Positions 30,043-41,041 of a stretch of 64,000 nucleotides of DNA are shown here, in pieces. Position numbers and translations under genes: made by a program. The stretch's first letter is position 1; each line of letters starts with the position of its first letter. Source of the DNA: an uncultured Verrucomicrobiae bacterium (GTDB lineage: Bacteria; Verrucomicrobiota; Verrucomicrobiia; Limisphaerales; Palsa-1400); contig OY969763.1 of the NCBI GenBank assembly GCA_963702845.1, positions 2,944,001 through 3,008,000 of the forward strand, given 5' to 3'. The notes under the pieces were generated by a model. The model did not search any database. It was not told the DNA's origin and saw only the letters and a list, made by a program, of their open reading frames with translations.

Positions 30043-31563
30043 TTAAGTGAGTTGATATTCTGGAGTCGACATGATCAGGCGAATGGCATGGCGAACATCG
30101 TCGTCATTCAACGCGCCGCGTGAATCCAAAAAGTCCTGCAACACGTCGTGTTGCTTTTTCGAGAGTTTCGACTGCAGGAAACGTTTTTCGAGCGTGGAGA
30201 GGAGTTTGCCTTTGTCGGCACGATCACTTTCCGAAACGATTTTATCGACTTCGACGGCGTGCATGCGATTGGCGACCATGGCAGCGCGTTGAGAAATGAA
30301 ACGTTGGATGCCCTGGCCTTCAGGCGCCATTTTGTTTTCGGCCATGACAAGCAGTGCCGACTGATTGTAGCGCGTGAGCAGGTTGTTCGTGGTAATCCAA
30401 CTCAGACCGCCGTCCCAACCTTTGACGTTCGGTGGGACTAAGAGGTCCTGGCCCATCGACTTGGTGATTTGACCGGCGACAATCGACGGCGGCATTTCGC
30501 GGTCAAGCAAACGGATGGAACCAACGAGCCATTGGACCGGGCTCTTGACCTGCGAACGGACCACTTCAGGCAGGTAAAATTCGTGGCTGCGAAACATCGT
30601 GCGCAGGAGCGGCTTGAAATTGCCGTCGTTCTTTTGGAGAACATTGGCGAGCGCCTGGATGACTTTCGGATCAGGATTTTCGGATGCAAAAAATTTCCAA
30701 AGCTTGCCGCTGATGAACCGGAATGTCTGGGGCTGCGAAGCGATGAGTTCAATTACGTCGTTGCCATCGAGATTGCCGGTTTTGCCGAGAACGGTTTTCG
30801 TGCCGTTATCGTGCATGTAGGGGCGGTAGATGAATTGTCCCTCACCAGGGTTCAGCGTGAAACCTGTCAGCGCGCGGGCGGCTTCGGTAACGTCTTTTTC
30901 GGTGTAATGACCTTCGCCGAGGGCGAAGAGTTCCATGACTTCGCGCGCGAAATTTTCGTTCGGATGCTCGCGACGGCTTTGAGCCTGGTCGAGCCAGACG
31001 AGCATGGCCGGATCTTTAGCAACGGCTTCGAGCATCTTGAGCCATTTGCCGGAGGCGTGCTCGCGGAAGGTCTGGATCTGCCGCCACATGAAGTTGGCGC
31101 GCTGAACTTTTTGGGCGCTGGTGGCGAAGTGGCCATGCCAGAACAACGTCAATTTTTCCTGAAGCGGGCGCTGAGTTGTGGCCATGCGGGTCAGCCAATC
31201 GCCGCGCATTTCGAGTAAATGGGTGACTTGTTCGCGCTGACGCTCCCGGTTGAGTTGCCGCCTCTTCTCCGCCAACTCGTATTTCTTGTCGTCGGTAAGG
31301 TTCGACTCCTTTTCCTGCATCTGGATTTTGCGAAGGTCAGCGAACCGTTCCCTTTCGTTACCGTTGGCCTCGGCCTTCGCCCAGTCCGGTGCGGACGTCT
31401 TGTCGGGAACCTGTTCGTAATCAACAAATGAATCGACGGCTTTGTCGGGACCGATTTTGACGAGGTGGTCGATTTCGGCAGGTTTGCCGCCGAAGCCCGC
31501 CCTGTTCGCGAGATGCGCGGCGGTAGCATAATTCCATTTAGAGTGCGGCAATGGGTTCAGCAT
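30043..31563 (-). CDS. DUF1800 family protein
   Basis: [56 protein letters not shown]. Confidence 0.93.
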   Translation of the reverse strand: MLNPLPHSKWNYATAAHLANRAGFGGKPAEIDHLVKIGPDKAVDSFVDYEQVPDKTSAPDWAKAEANGNERERFADLRKIQMQEKESNLTDDKKYELAEKRRQLNRERQREQVTHLLEMRGDWLTRMATTQRPLQEKLTLFWHGHFATSAQKVQRANFMWRQIQTFREHASGKWLKMLEAVAKDPAMLVWLDQAQSRREHPNENFAREVMELFALGEGHYTEKDVTEAARALTGFTLNPGEGQFIYRPYMHDNGTKTVLGKTGNLDGNDVIELIASQPQTFRFISGKLWKFFASENPDPKVIQALANVLQKNDGNFKPLLRTMFRSHEFYLPEVVRSQVKSPVQWLVGSIRLLDREMPPSIVAGQITKSMGQDLLVPPNVKGWDGGLSWITTNNLLTRYNQSALLVMAENKMAPEGQGIQRFISQRAAMVANRMHAVEVDKIVSESDRADKGKLLSTLEKRFLQSKLSKKQHDVLQDFLDSRGALNDDDVRHAIRLIMSTPEYQLT

Positions 31564-31630
31564 AAGTAATTGGACGAGTCTGAGCGAAAAACGGTTACAT
31601 CGGCAGACCTCGGAATATTTTTTTGTTAAA

Positions 31631-31920
31631 GGTGTCTTTTGGTGTAGTTAGGTGTATTTCGGCGGAGTTCGACGTATTTCCGCTACGGTAACGATACGGT
31701 GAAAATACACGTGCAATGAGGTTGGGATGCAGTTGGAGCACAGGTAGGGTGTTGTTGACGTTAGCAAGATCGGTGTTTTCAAGTTGTTGAGTTGTGTTCA
31801 TAGCGTTTGGCAAAACTATTTTTTCGGTTTTAGTGGACCCAGATAGTCGTTGTTGGACGAAATTGGATGTTAATGGACGTAAGTGGGCACCCCCTTTGGT
31901 CGAAAATGGACGAAAGCGGA
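31631..31920. repeat. Degenerate 10-bp-period repeats
   Basis: GGTGT at 31631/31641/31651; TGGA/TGGG at 31854/31864/31874/31884. Confidence 0.55.
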
Positions 31921-32403
31921 CAGGCGTGGGTAGCAAGCAAGCCGGAGTCACCACCGACAAACATTTGTCGTGGCTCGCTTGGTTCGGTGCGGGAATCGCC
32001 GCGTTGGCTTTATGTTGCATATATCGCATAACGCGACTGATAATGCCATAAAGTTGCTACGCGTCAAAAACTGTAGGGAAACCAGGGAAAGGAGGGAAAG
32101 AAACAGCACTTTTTCTGCACAAAATGTCACCGCCAAGACACCACGGTACAAAGATTGCTAAGGGTAAAGAAGTAGGGTCAATGCAAAGGCGCAAAGTGTG
32201 GGAAGACGCAAAGAGAATTTGAAAATCAGGAACTCAGAAAATTCAAACACGGATTTCGGGAGAAGATTATTTAACCGCAAAGAGCACAAAGAGCGCAGAG
32301 ACAGAAGAATATAAACGTGGAGGACTGCCGTTGCATAGAGTTGCCGGAAAGGAAGGCGCTTATGGCTTGATGAAGTATGTAATTGCCACGAACCAACCCT
32401 TTC

Positions 32404-33837
32404 CTACTCAACCGAAATCCCGTCCAGCCGACAGGAAACAATCCGGCTCACGCGAAGCCCTTCACCAACCGGATGCGTAACGCGCACGCCGGTGCAATTC
32501 AGGCCGCGGCAGTTGTGGATATCCAAATAGCCATTATCGATGGCGACATTTCGAATTCGCGAGGTTAAGGTTTGGCGATCGTCTCCATCGTCGAGGCGTC
32601 CACTCTGGCCTTCGACTAAAAACTCGCCGTTTTTGAGATCGAATGTCCGCGAGCGCGCAATCGCGGGCGTGGAGGATGCGAATTCTTTTGTTCTCCGCTT
32701 TGACGCCCCGCACGACAACACCGGCGGCATTCTTGATGAGCACGCTGTCGTCCTTGCAATCCCGGGCGCTCAAGTCCGAGATCTGAATACCAAACCGCCA
32801 CCACTTATCATCGCCACTCATCGGCTGATTGAAATTCGCTACGTAAAAACCGGTCGTGCAGCCGATGGCCACCACGTTGGAGATCGTGATCCCGCGACTT
32901 GCGAGCCACGACCAACTATGCTTGTCGCCTTCTTTCTTCCCACAATCCGAGATGACCGCGCGAAGCTTGCCCTCAACCGTAACGTTCGAAAGCGCAACAT
33001 TCACCGCGCCAGCCAGTCGGACGCCGTTCGCGGTCCCGCCCTTGGCGTAGATCTTCGTTGCGGTAGAACCGTTGGAGTTCCATTCCCCGAAATCCGCACG
33101 CGCATACGCGCCCGGATAGCCACTGTAGCCATTGACCGCCCCATCATCCTCGTAAGTGACGAACGAGAGCGTATCGTCGCCCGTCTCGATGCCCGTCACA
33201 CCGGAAACGTGCGCCCGACGGCACGCGTTGAAGTGTAGGCCATCGGCGTAAGTGCGTGTGACGCGGTAGTTCTCCACCTCAATATCCGAGCAACCCATCA
33301 GAACCGCGCCGGCCTGTGGACTCAAGTCTGCACTGCACTCGACCATGCGAACATTGGAGATGCACTCGGCCTCGTCCGGAAATCCCTCAAACCGAAACCC
33401 ATCGCCCATGCTCCTGCCGCTAGGTTTCTTCGCCCATTTCACCGCGACGTTCGTCAGCGAGATGTCATGACAGGGCCCGCGAAAAACGACGCCGTGGCCG
33501 AAGTCCCCCGCGCCGCTTTGCGGATTCAGATTATCCATCAACAGCACCGCGCCTGGATCGAACAGAATCGTCACATTCGAAATGCCGGCGAATTCAATGG
33601 CGTTCTGCATCCCGTTCTGCCTGGCGCAACGATAAATACCGTGCGGAAAAAAAGAATCCCGCTCTTGTGTTGCGCCAACGCCCCAACCGCCTTGTTTATC
33701 GCGGGCTGATCATCGACAACCTCGTCACCCACCGCACCGAACGCACGAACGTCGAAGCGTTCCAGCGCTGTCCGCCCGGTGACAGCTGCAAAAAGCGGTG
33801 CGGACAAGATTAGGATTGCAAGGGCAACGCGGAACAT
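32404..33837 (-). CDS. Secreted parallel beta-helix (pectate-lyase/GH28-like) protein, frameshifted
   Basis: Signal plus FDVRAFGAVGD..DDQPAINKA; ADGLHF, TGDDTLSF; three ORF pieces. Confidence 0.75.
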
Positions 33838-34052
33838 GCCGACGCAGCATTCCGACGGGATGCTTACTTGTCAATCTGTGCTTGCCCCAAAGATAGTGTC
33901 GAACATTTTCGCTGGTCGTAGCGGCATTGGATTGTCTACAAATTCCATTGATGCGCGATTCGGTGCGGGCGTTATATCGATAGTTAAGAAAGCGTGCAGT
34001 TAAACAATAAAACATTCGGCTTGGTTAACGTGCGGTCAGTTGTCGACGACTT

Positions 34053-34784
34053 ATGAACGAGCAAGATCCCGAAGTTGGTCCTACATATCATTACGACAAG
34101 CCAAAGCCGTTTGAGTTTGCGATCGGGGATGAGGGAACGATTCAATCGGTGGATCAACACATCGAGAAGTGGATTGGGAAACCAGACACGGTTTATCACG
34201 AGATTATTTCCGACAAGGTTCACATAGACGTTCACATTGTTAATCCCTCCGAACGGTTTCTATGTTACACACTGGTAACTTCGGGGATGAGCGACTTGCC
34301 GATGCGCGCGCCGCCGAGTCATGCCGATCTCGCGTATGCGGAGCTGTTTCTTTGCCTGCCACCCGACTGGAAAATGGGTCAGGAGCAATGGAAACAGCAT
34401 CAAAATTATTGGCCGATTCAAGCATTGAAATATTTGGCGCGCTTTCCGCACCAATACGAAACCTGGCTTTCCTACGGACACACAATTCCAAATGGCAACC
34501 CGCCCGCGCCGTTCGATCCGTCGACACAGCTCTCGTCATTGATCCTGCTAAGGCCGTTTCGGATTCCGTCGGACTTTCATGAGTTGAAGGTAAATGACGC
34601 TAAGACGGTTCGGTTCTTCTCGGTCGTGCCTCTGCATAACGACGAACTCGAGTTCAAATTGAAGAGTGGGGCAGAAGCGATTGAGAGGGCGCTCTTGGAA
34701 GCAGGGGGTTCTGAGATAGTTGATCCGAAGAGGAAATCGGCCATCGAAAGGTCGGGCTTTTTCGGCCGGCTGTTTGGAAGGTGA
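34053..34784 (+). CDS. Suppressor-of-fused (SUFU) domain protein, putative immunity protein
   Basis: VYHEIISDKVHIDV, TLVTSGMS, AEL, LARFPH...WLSYGHT, VPL..DELEFK. Confidence 0.88.
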   Translation: MNEQDPEVGPTYHYDKPKPFEFAIGDEGTIQSVDQHIEKWIGKPDTVYHEIISDKVHIDVHIVNPSERFLCYTLVTSGMSDLPMRAPPSHADLAYAELFLCLPPDWKMGQEQWKQHQNYWPIQALKYLARFPHQYETWLSYGHTIPNGNPPAPFDPSTQLSSLILLRPFRIPSDFHELKVNDAKTVRFFSVVPLHNDELEFKLKSGAEAIERALLEAGGSEIVDPKRKSAIERSGFFGRLFGR

Positions 34785-34886
34785 TGCAGATGGATATCCC
34801 CCGGAATGGGCGACTAGTCAACAAACAAAGGACGGGCACGTGAGGCGAGAACCGGCTTACCGAAAAATCAATATCTGATTAGAGAC

Positions 34887-35471
34887 TTACTGTTCGTAGA
34901 TGACTTTTTCTGCTGCCGCTAAAGTTTTTTTAATGCCGACCCAATTCGTTTTCCACGGATGGTCTTCGCGGTGTCCCCGTTTTCCACAGTCTGCGTTCAG
35001 AACCTTTGCCTTTTCCTTCGCGATAACGCGCACGGATTGAAGTTGCGCGAGCAAGTTCGTGTTCTTTGCATCGCCTAGGCGCTCGATATAGTCATCCAAT
35101 TGTTTGAGTTCAAACGTTGCGGAATTATCAGCCCCGCCATTGCATCCACTAACCAGTTGAAAACCCTTCGCGCGATACTCCATCGCCGATTCGAATTTGC
35201 TGAACGCGATTGCAATACTCATACCCGGAATTCCAACAAGCGTTGGCAGGGCAATACTTACTAAGATGGCCACGACGCGTTTTCCGGCTCTGTACAGCGG
35301 AATGTTTGCCCAAAAGAAACCACAGACGACCATTGCGGCAATTGCCTGCCAAGGCAGAAAGTACAATTGAGGGCAGCTACGGGTAAGCGCCAACGCCAAG
35401 ACAAAGAAAACTGCGGCGATTGCATTTCGTTTAAAAAGCGAAGGCGCCAAGCCGTTTGCAGGTTCTCCCAT
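34887..35471 (-). CDS. Hypothetical membrane protein
   Basis: Three hydrophobic helices plus a soluble tail; start uncertain. Confidence 0.55.
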   Translation of the reverse strand: MGEPANGLAPSLFKRNAIAAVFFVLALALTRSCPQLYFLPWQAIAAMVVCGFFWANIPLYRAGKRVVAILVSIALPTLVGIPGMSIAIAFSKFESAMEYRAKGFQLVSGCNGGADNSATFELKQLDDYIERLGDAKNTNLLAQLQSVRVIAKEKAKVLNADCGKRGHREDHPWKTNWVGIKKTLAAAEKVIYEQ

Positions 35472-35738
35472 TTCATTTGCAATGACACCATAATCTTGGA
35501 ATAAGGTAAAGCGTCTTGGGGCGCCGCAACCCATGTAAGTCCCTGGCTGTGGAGTTTGAATCGCGCGCGTCTTTCACGTGCGATTCATTGAGGTGCGGGT
35601 TAGCGGGAAACGGCTTGTTTTCAGGAAATGCGCTGCACCAGGGACCTGCGGACTAAAGACATTTAACTTCTTCGTCGCCGCCTCACGATCCACGCTGCGC
35701 GGGACAGGAAGTGAAACTTCGTTTTTTGGTTTTACCCA

Positions 35739-35762
35739 GGGAAGCACCCGCTGCCCTCTGCA
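35739..35762 (+). repeat. Left direct repeat (att/TSD-like)
   Basis: GGGAAGCACCCGCTGCCCTCTGCA, recurs at 44720-44744 with one extra C. Confidence 0.75.
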
Positions 35763-35955
35763 CCATTCGGGTCACCCATAGTATAAATCGTTTTATTGTG
35801 GATGAAAAACGATGCAACAAGTTCAAAAACGCACCATATATGGGTTGCCCCCTCTTGATGGGTAGCGACAATCTCACCACATCGTCAGTTTTTCCATTTT
35901 CCCGGTTTTGCTCGTTTTTGACTTTCATGACAGGTAGGGATCGCCCCAAGCATCG

Positions 35956-37693
35956 ATGAAACGTTTACTATTGGTTTTGGCGTTTGTGATGACGGGTTTA
36001 CCGGCATTTGCGACTTATACTGACGTCAAACTGGGCCCCCTAATATCCAGCAAAGTTCTTTCGACGAATTGGCTGGCGGAGATCAAAACTGCAATTCCCG
36101 GAGCCGTAATCTCAACAGAAACCAGGTTTGAAGCTTTAACTAATTTGTTATTCCGCGAGGCGCAAAATGGAAACGCGGCGGCGCAAGGACTGTGGGGCAT
36201 GGCGGTGTTGGTGCAAAGCCATTCGCCGGAGGAAATGAAGAGCGGCCTGCAATTGATTCGAAATTCCGCCACAAACGGTTACGTGCCGGCGATGGTGAAT
36301 CTCGGGTTTCTGCTGGAAAGTGGTGTCTATATTCCGCGAGATTATTCCGAAGCTTTCTATTGGTTCAGTAAAGCAACTGCTCAAACGAATGCGGAGGCAA
36401 ATCTCCAACTGGGAGGCTGTTATTCCTACGGACTGGGCACGACGAAAGACGTTGCGAAAGCGGCCGAATGTTACCGGCGAGCGGCCGAATTGACCAATTA
36501 TATTGCGATGAAAAGTCTCGGATACGTGCTGGCGAATGGCATCGGAGTGAAAGAGGACAAAGAAGAGGCGAAACATTGGTTCAGCCGGGCGGCAATTGAG
36601 GGCAAAAACCGGCGGGCAATGTTTGATTTGGGAGCACTATGCATGACCAATATATACGACAAACGGATGCTGACAGAAGGTTTACAATGGTTCAGGCAAA
36701 GCGCGGAACTTGGCGATGCCCTCGCCTGCATGGAGTTGGCGAGTTTTTATTACCAAGGACGGGGAGCGGTTGAAACCAATGTTGACGAATATCGGTTTTG
36801 GAGATCGCGTGCCGCAGTGCTGGGGGCGACGCAAGCGCAATATATGATGGGGGATGCTTACCGCACAGGGGACGGCGTGCCAAAAGACGCAGGACACCTC
36901 GCTGATGTGGTATCGTAGAGCGGCGGAAAAACATCACCCAACTGCATGCTTCGCTGTGGCCGCTCATCTTCTTCAGGACAAAACAAACCGGCTCTCGCGA
37001 ATGCGCGCAGAGACGTACATGTTGGACGCGGCGCAAGGCGGACACAGAGAAGCTCAACTTCAATGTGCTTTGAGCAGCTTCCGCGGGGACTTGGGCGGAT
37101 CCGATTGTGAAGCTGGAAAGCGTTGGCTGGCCATCTCCGCAAGTAATGGTTGGTCGCACGCGGAATTTTGGCTGTTCTATTATTACTACAAGGGCCTTGC
37201 TCCTGGTCCGGGTTGTGGCGCATATCCCAACGACACGAATGCGGCGATCGGCTGGCTCCGTCGGGCGTCCCAACACGGAAGCTTGCAAGCTCAAGGAAGG
37301 TTGGCAGTGTTCATGCTTGACGGCAGAGATGTTCGCCCTAACCCCGTCGAGGCCGAGAGACTGCTACGCAATGCGGCGGACCACGGGAATGCGACGGCTC
37401 AGAATGATTTGGGTTTTGCGCTTTCAAGCGGTTTGCTCGGAAAACATGATCTAGTAGAAGCGGCAATGTGGTGTGACCTGGCCCAAAGGCACATGGGCGA
37501 AACGAATGCGGTCAAGCTGGCAGTTGCCAATCTACAGAATATTCTGCCGCTTTTGGATACTATGCAACGGCATGAGGTCGATAGACGTACCTACGAATTT
37601 CGCGCGATGCCGTATTTAGAGGATGACCCGGTGGTAAAGGGTTGGGATTCGAACCCGTCATATCAGCCGGAAGATGGGCAGTTCGGACATTAA
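35956..37693 (+). CDS. Secreted Sel1-repeat protein, frameshift near 36890
   Basis: Signal peptide; repeated AMVNLG...G...DYSEAFYWFSKA-type units across ORFs 35956-36918 and 36854-37693. Confidence 0.88.
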
Positions 37694-37875
37694 TTTCCGA
37701 TCCCCCCGCTTGCATTCCCATTGACTCCAGCGCGGTAAGGACGAATTTTACGGCGTCCCAAAACTCTAAAAAACGCGTCAGTCCTCACTGGCCAAGTGAT
37801 ACAATGGGGATCATCCCATTGAGATGCTACGTAGTTTAATACTTAGTTTAGGAGTTATTACGTAGTTTTTAATTT

Positions 37876-38106
37876 TTACCATGGGGCATTGCGACCTGTC
37901 CCCAATACTTTGATTGTTTTTTTCTTTCGCAGCCTGGTAAGAATTTGACGGATCATATCCACACCCACTCCTGGACATTGCGCCTGTAAATCAGCAATCC
38001 GGAAAGTGCTGACGTGCCGATCAATTGCCGCGAGCACCATTTCGGTCTTCTCTCCGCGGACCGACTTCAGTTGCCCAACCCGTTGCTCTACCGCGCCAGC
38101 GTACAA
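37876..38106 (-). pseudogene. C-terminal fragment of a Fic-family protein
   Basis: EQRVGQLKSVRGEKTEMVLAAI...LQAQCPGVGVDMIRQIL...GTGRNAPW resembles wHTH tails of Fic proteins; no Fic motif upstream. Confidence 0.55.
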
Positions 38107-38123
38107 AAACAGATTCTTATCAG

Positions 38124-39725
38124 TTAGATGTTGGCGAGTTCACCGAAGTAGTCGTGGTCTTCGTTGTAGCCGCCTTCGCCCTGGCCAACTGATGCCGAAC
38201 TTTCGACGAGTTCGATTGATTCGATCCATTTAACCATTTTGAAGCCAAGCTGGTTTTCGACGCGTAATCGCAACGGCGCACCGTGGTGACGGTTCAAAGG
38301 TTCATAGTTCATCTCATAGGCCAGCATGGTTAACGGATGGCAGGCGTTTTCGAGGGAGAGTGTGTCGTAAAATCTGCCGCCTTCGCGGCCTTCGCCATAG
38401 GAGCGGAAGGCAACGGCGCCGGCGTTGGCGGCGGGACCGGCACGTTGAATGATTTCGGAGAGTGGGACGCCAGTCCATGCGGCGATTCCGGACCAGCCCT
38501 GGATGCAGTGATGGAGGGTGATCTGCGTCTTTTTTGTCATGGCGCGGAGGTCGTCGAGTGAGAGTTCGATTGGACGTTGGACAAGGCCGAATATTTTGAG
38601 GCGGTAGTTTTTGAATCCGTTTGCATCGAGTCTCTTCCATTCGTCGCAGTCAGGGACTTTGCCGTTGCACCAAAGATAGGGCGAGATGTCGGAGGGTTGG
38701 AAGTTGGCTCTGGGCGCGGCGCGGTTGAGGAGGAGGTTCATTGCGGGCGTGACGATGAGCTTCGCGGTGTGTTGGACGGTGCGCGGATGCTTCCATGCAA
38801 GCCACCAGGCGATAATATTGACGGCAATCACTACAGCAATTCCGACAAGGCCAAGCTGCCAGCCGATCGAGTGGGTGTCGTCGGTGCCGATGACGATGTG
38901 GTTCATGTTGCGGGCGAAGCCGGTGGCGAAGACGAGTGCGATGTGAAAGGTGATGAAGATGACGAACGCCAACATGACAAGGAAATGGAGTGAGCGGCCG
39001 ATCTGACGATTGCCGGGGACTTTTGGATAGCATTTGAAACGGTTGGTCAACGCAGGCGACATGGATGGTCCGGTGAGGATGGCGAGCGGGGCGAGGACGA
39101 AGACCACGACGAAGTAGGTGAGTTGTTGAAGGGCGTTGTATTGGAAGTAGCCGTTGGGTTCTTCGGGCATGTGAAAGGTGGCGTAGTGCACGAATATGGC
39201 CCAGGCGTCTGGAATGATCTTCCACGATGTGGGAACGAGGCGTCGCCATTGATCGCCGCTCAAGAGGAGGACGATGAAAACGAGCCCGTTGACGACCCAA
39301 AAGAGGACGCTGAGGAAATGCCAGTGGCGAGCCATGCCGACTGTGTGGCGTCCGCCGGGGAGGCCAATCCAGGGGGTGAGGTAACGGGCGTCGTCTTTGG
39401 CGGTCCAAACGCCGTCCCGCGGCATTTTAACGGGAGTCAAGCGCAGCCATTCGGAACCGGGTGTGCAATGGACGTTCCAGTAAAGGCGCGGGTGGTCGAA
39501 CAGGATTTGGACGCCGCTGCGGATGAGAAGGATCAGGAAAAGGAAATTAACATAGTGGGTGATGCGCAGCCAGGATGGGAAGCCTTGAGGGGTGCCGACG
39601 GGCGGCGGTTGTGCGCCGGGCGGGATAGCCGGCAAGTCGAACAAGCCCCATTGGATATAGGCTGCGGCGATCGCGACAACGAGCGGCGACAGGAAAACCA
39701 ACAACGTCCCGGAGCGAATACGCAT
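38124..39725 (-). CDS. Cytochrome b plus sulfite-oxidase-family molybdopterin oxidoreductase fusion (MsrP-like)
   Basis: TM His (THYVN, HWHF, SLHF), YNALQQLTY; HHCIQGWS; HGAPLRLRVENQLGFKMVKWI. Confidence 0.88.
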   Translation of the reverse strand: MRIRSGTLLVFLSPLVVAIAAAYIQWGLFDLPAIPPGAQPPPVGTPQGFPSWLRITHYVNFLFLILLIRSGVQILFDHPRLYWNVHCTPGSEWLRLTPVKMPRDGVWTAKDDARYLTPWIGLPGGRHTVGMARHWHFLSVLFWVVNGLVFIVLLLSGDQWRRLVPTSWKIIPDAWAIFVHYATFHMPEEPNGYFQYNALQQLTYFVVVFVLAPLAILTGPSMSPALTNRFKCYPKVPGNRQIGRSLHFLVMLAFVIFITFHIALVFATGFARNMNHIVIGTDDTHSIGWQLGLVGIAVVIAVNIIAWWLAWKHPRTVQHTAKLIVTPAMNLLLNRAAPRANFQPSDISPYLWCNGKVPDCDEWKRLDANGFKNYRLKIFGLVQRPIELSLDDLRAMTKKTQITLHHCIQGWSGIAAWTGVPLSEIIQRAGPAANAGAVAFRSYGEGREGGRFYDTLSLENACHPLTMLAYEMNYEPLNRHHGAPLRLRVENQLGFKMVKWIESIELVESSASVGQGEGGYNEDHDYFGELANI

Positions 39726-39841
39726 AGGCTTATTGAACGTAAGCATTGCGCCGGATCTGGTTTGCGGCAAGGGAGGACTGTCGTAATCGTTGCTATGAAC
39801 AAAAGAGGTCGGGTTCTAATATGGATAACAAACAGCGAGCG

Positions 39842-39943
39842 GGTGTCATCACTATCATTTTCCATTTTCGATATCCCACCCTGCTTGACACAGTAACAAC
39901 GTTACTCATCAACGGAGGCGGCCACGAGGCGAGGCAAATCGTC
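39842..39943 (+). repeat. ~100-bp direct repeat, copy 1
   Basis: Aligns with 44615-44719 (by eye, 6 substitutions and one 3-nt indel). Confidence 0.9.
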
Positions 39944-40140
39944 ATCTTGATCATTGACGTACCAATAAAGAAGCATGTCCGTGCCTTCGCTCGGCTTCAC
40001 GTGTGAGTTCTGTTTCAGCTCCAAAATTTGTGCGAGAAATCTGGCATGAATCAAAAGAATCTCGGCCATGCCGGTGACACGAACGGCAGGAAAGCATTTC
40101 TCCCTCAACCGCGCAGCATCCAAAAAGCAGTTTCCAATCA

Positions 40141-40181
40141 ATCAGGGAAAGCCTGATGCCTCAATAAGTAGAACCCCTGAT
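40141..40181. promoter_or_regulatory. ATCAGG-N5-CCTGAT dyad plus degenerate second copy
   Basis: ATCAGGGAAAGCCTGAT 40141-40157; ...AACCCCTGAT ending 40181; upstream of 40269. Confidence 0.55.
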
Positions 40182-40268
40182 TGTAAATTACGACGTAAGG
40201 CTGCTAGCGTCTTCTCAAGCCCAGCTTCTTAACGTGTCAAAAACCATAATCTCAACGTTTAATTCCTT

Positions 40269-40925
40269 ATGAAATACATCAAACACACACTGATCGCGTA
40301 CGCGGGAACTGCGGTGTTGGGATTGTTAGCTTTGGCGTCTTCGCCGGCTCAAGCCACCTGCACCAAGACAATTTACGTTCACTATGTCGGGTTCGGTTTC
40401 ACCGACACTGGCGCAATCCTTAACAACAAGAACACTTGTTGGGGATTGGAAGCCCCATTCTACAGCGGAGGGGATGTCTGGAGTGTTTGCAGCGCCTCGA
40501 GTCAACCCAGCGGAGGCACACGGTGGGCATACAATGAAATAACTAACCCCAGCACCGATCAAGCCCATATCCAAACGTGCAAGAGCCGCAACGGCGGGGC
40601 TGCCGATACCGTATATGTCACACCGAACAGCGGCGGGTTTGACACGTGGTCGCACAGCGGCGTCACGGGCGTCAACCGCTACTTCAACGAGTGCTACAAC
40701 AGCGGGTCCGTGAACAATCAATGGCTTGGCGGCGGTTGCATTAATAACAGCGGTAGACCAATGTGGAACCTCGCGCAAGCCCAAATCGATGGCACTGTCT
40801 CCAACAGTGTCTCGGCCCTCTGCAGGCGTCAGCAGCGGAATTGGATCGGATTCTATTCCAACGGCCTGGACAGCTCTCATATGAATAGCTTCTGGCAGGC
40901 TATGAACTACTGCACAACGCATTAA
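40269..40925 (+). CDS. Secreted cysteine-rich hypothetical protein
   Basis: Signal ending AQA; 8 Cys in the mature chain. Confidence 0.8.
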   Translation: MKYIKHTLIAYAGTAVLGLLALASSPAQATCTKTIYVHYVGFGFTDTGAILNNKNTCWGLEAPFYSGGDVWSVCSASSQPSGGTRWAYNEITNPSTDQAHIQTCKSRNGGAADTVYVTPNSGGFDTWSHSGVTGVNRYFNECYNSGSVNNQWLGGGCINNSGRPMWNLAQAQIDGTVSNSVSALCRRQQRNWIGFYSNGLDSSHMNSFWQAMNYCTTH

Positions 40926-40949
40926 ACAAATAACGTCTGTATTAATTTA

Positions 40950-40989
40950 GGGGCCTTCCGCGCGAATCTGCGGGAAGGCCCTTTCCTTT
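40950..40989 (+). terminator. Rho-independent terminator
   Basis: GGGCCTTCC/GGAAGGCCC stem plus T-rich tail. Confidence 0.7.
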
Positions 40990-41041
40990 GAGGCCGAGCC
41001 AGTGAGCTTGCGTGTAGCCGTTTCTAGATTGTAATTATTTT

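Noticed and set aside
31595..32400. Possible CRISPR array or real CDS (144 aa)
   Set aside because: No constant repeat with unique spacers and no cas genes; the ORF has no recognisable motif
37630..37660. tRNA T-loop-like GGTTCGAATCCC...CCA on the minus strand (possible att site)
   Set aside because: T-stem pairs at only 3 of 5 positions, there is no cloverleaf, and it lies inside the Sel1 CDS (GWDSNP)
39902..40141. 79-aa minus-strand ORF
   Set aside because: Runs into the 100-bp repeat and has no motif; at most a gene fragment
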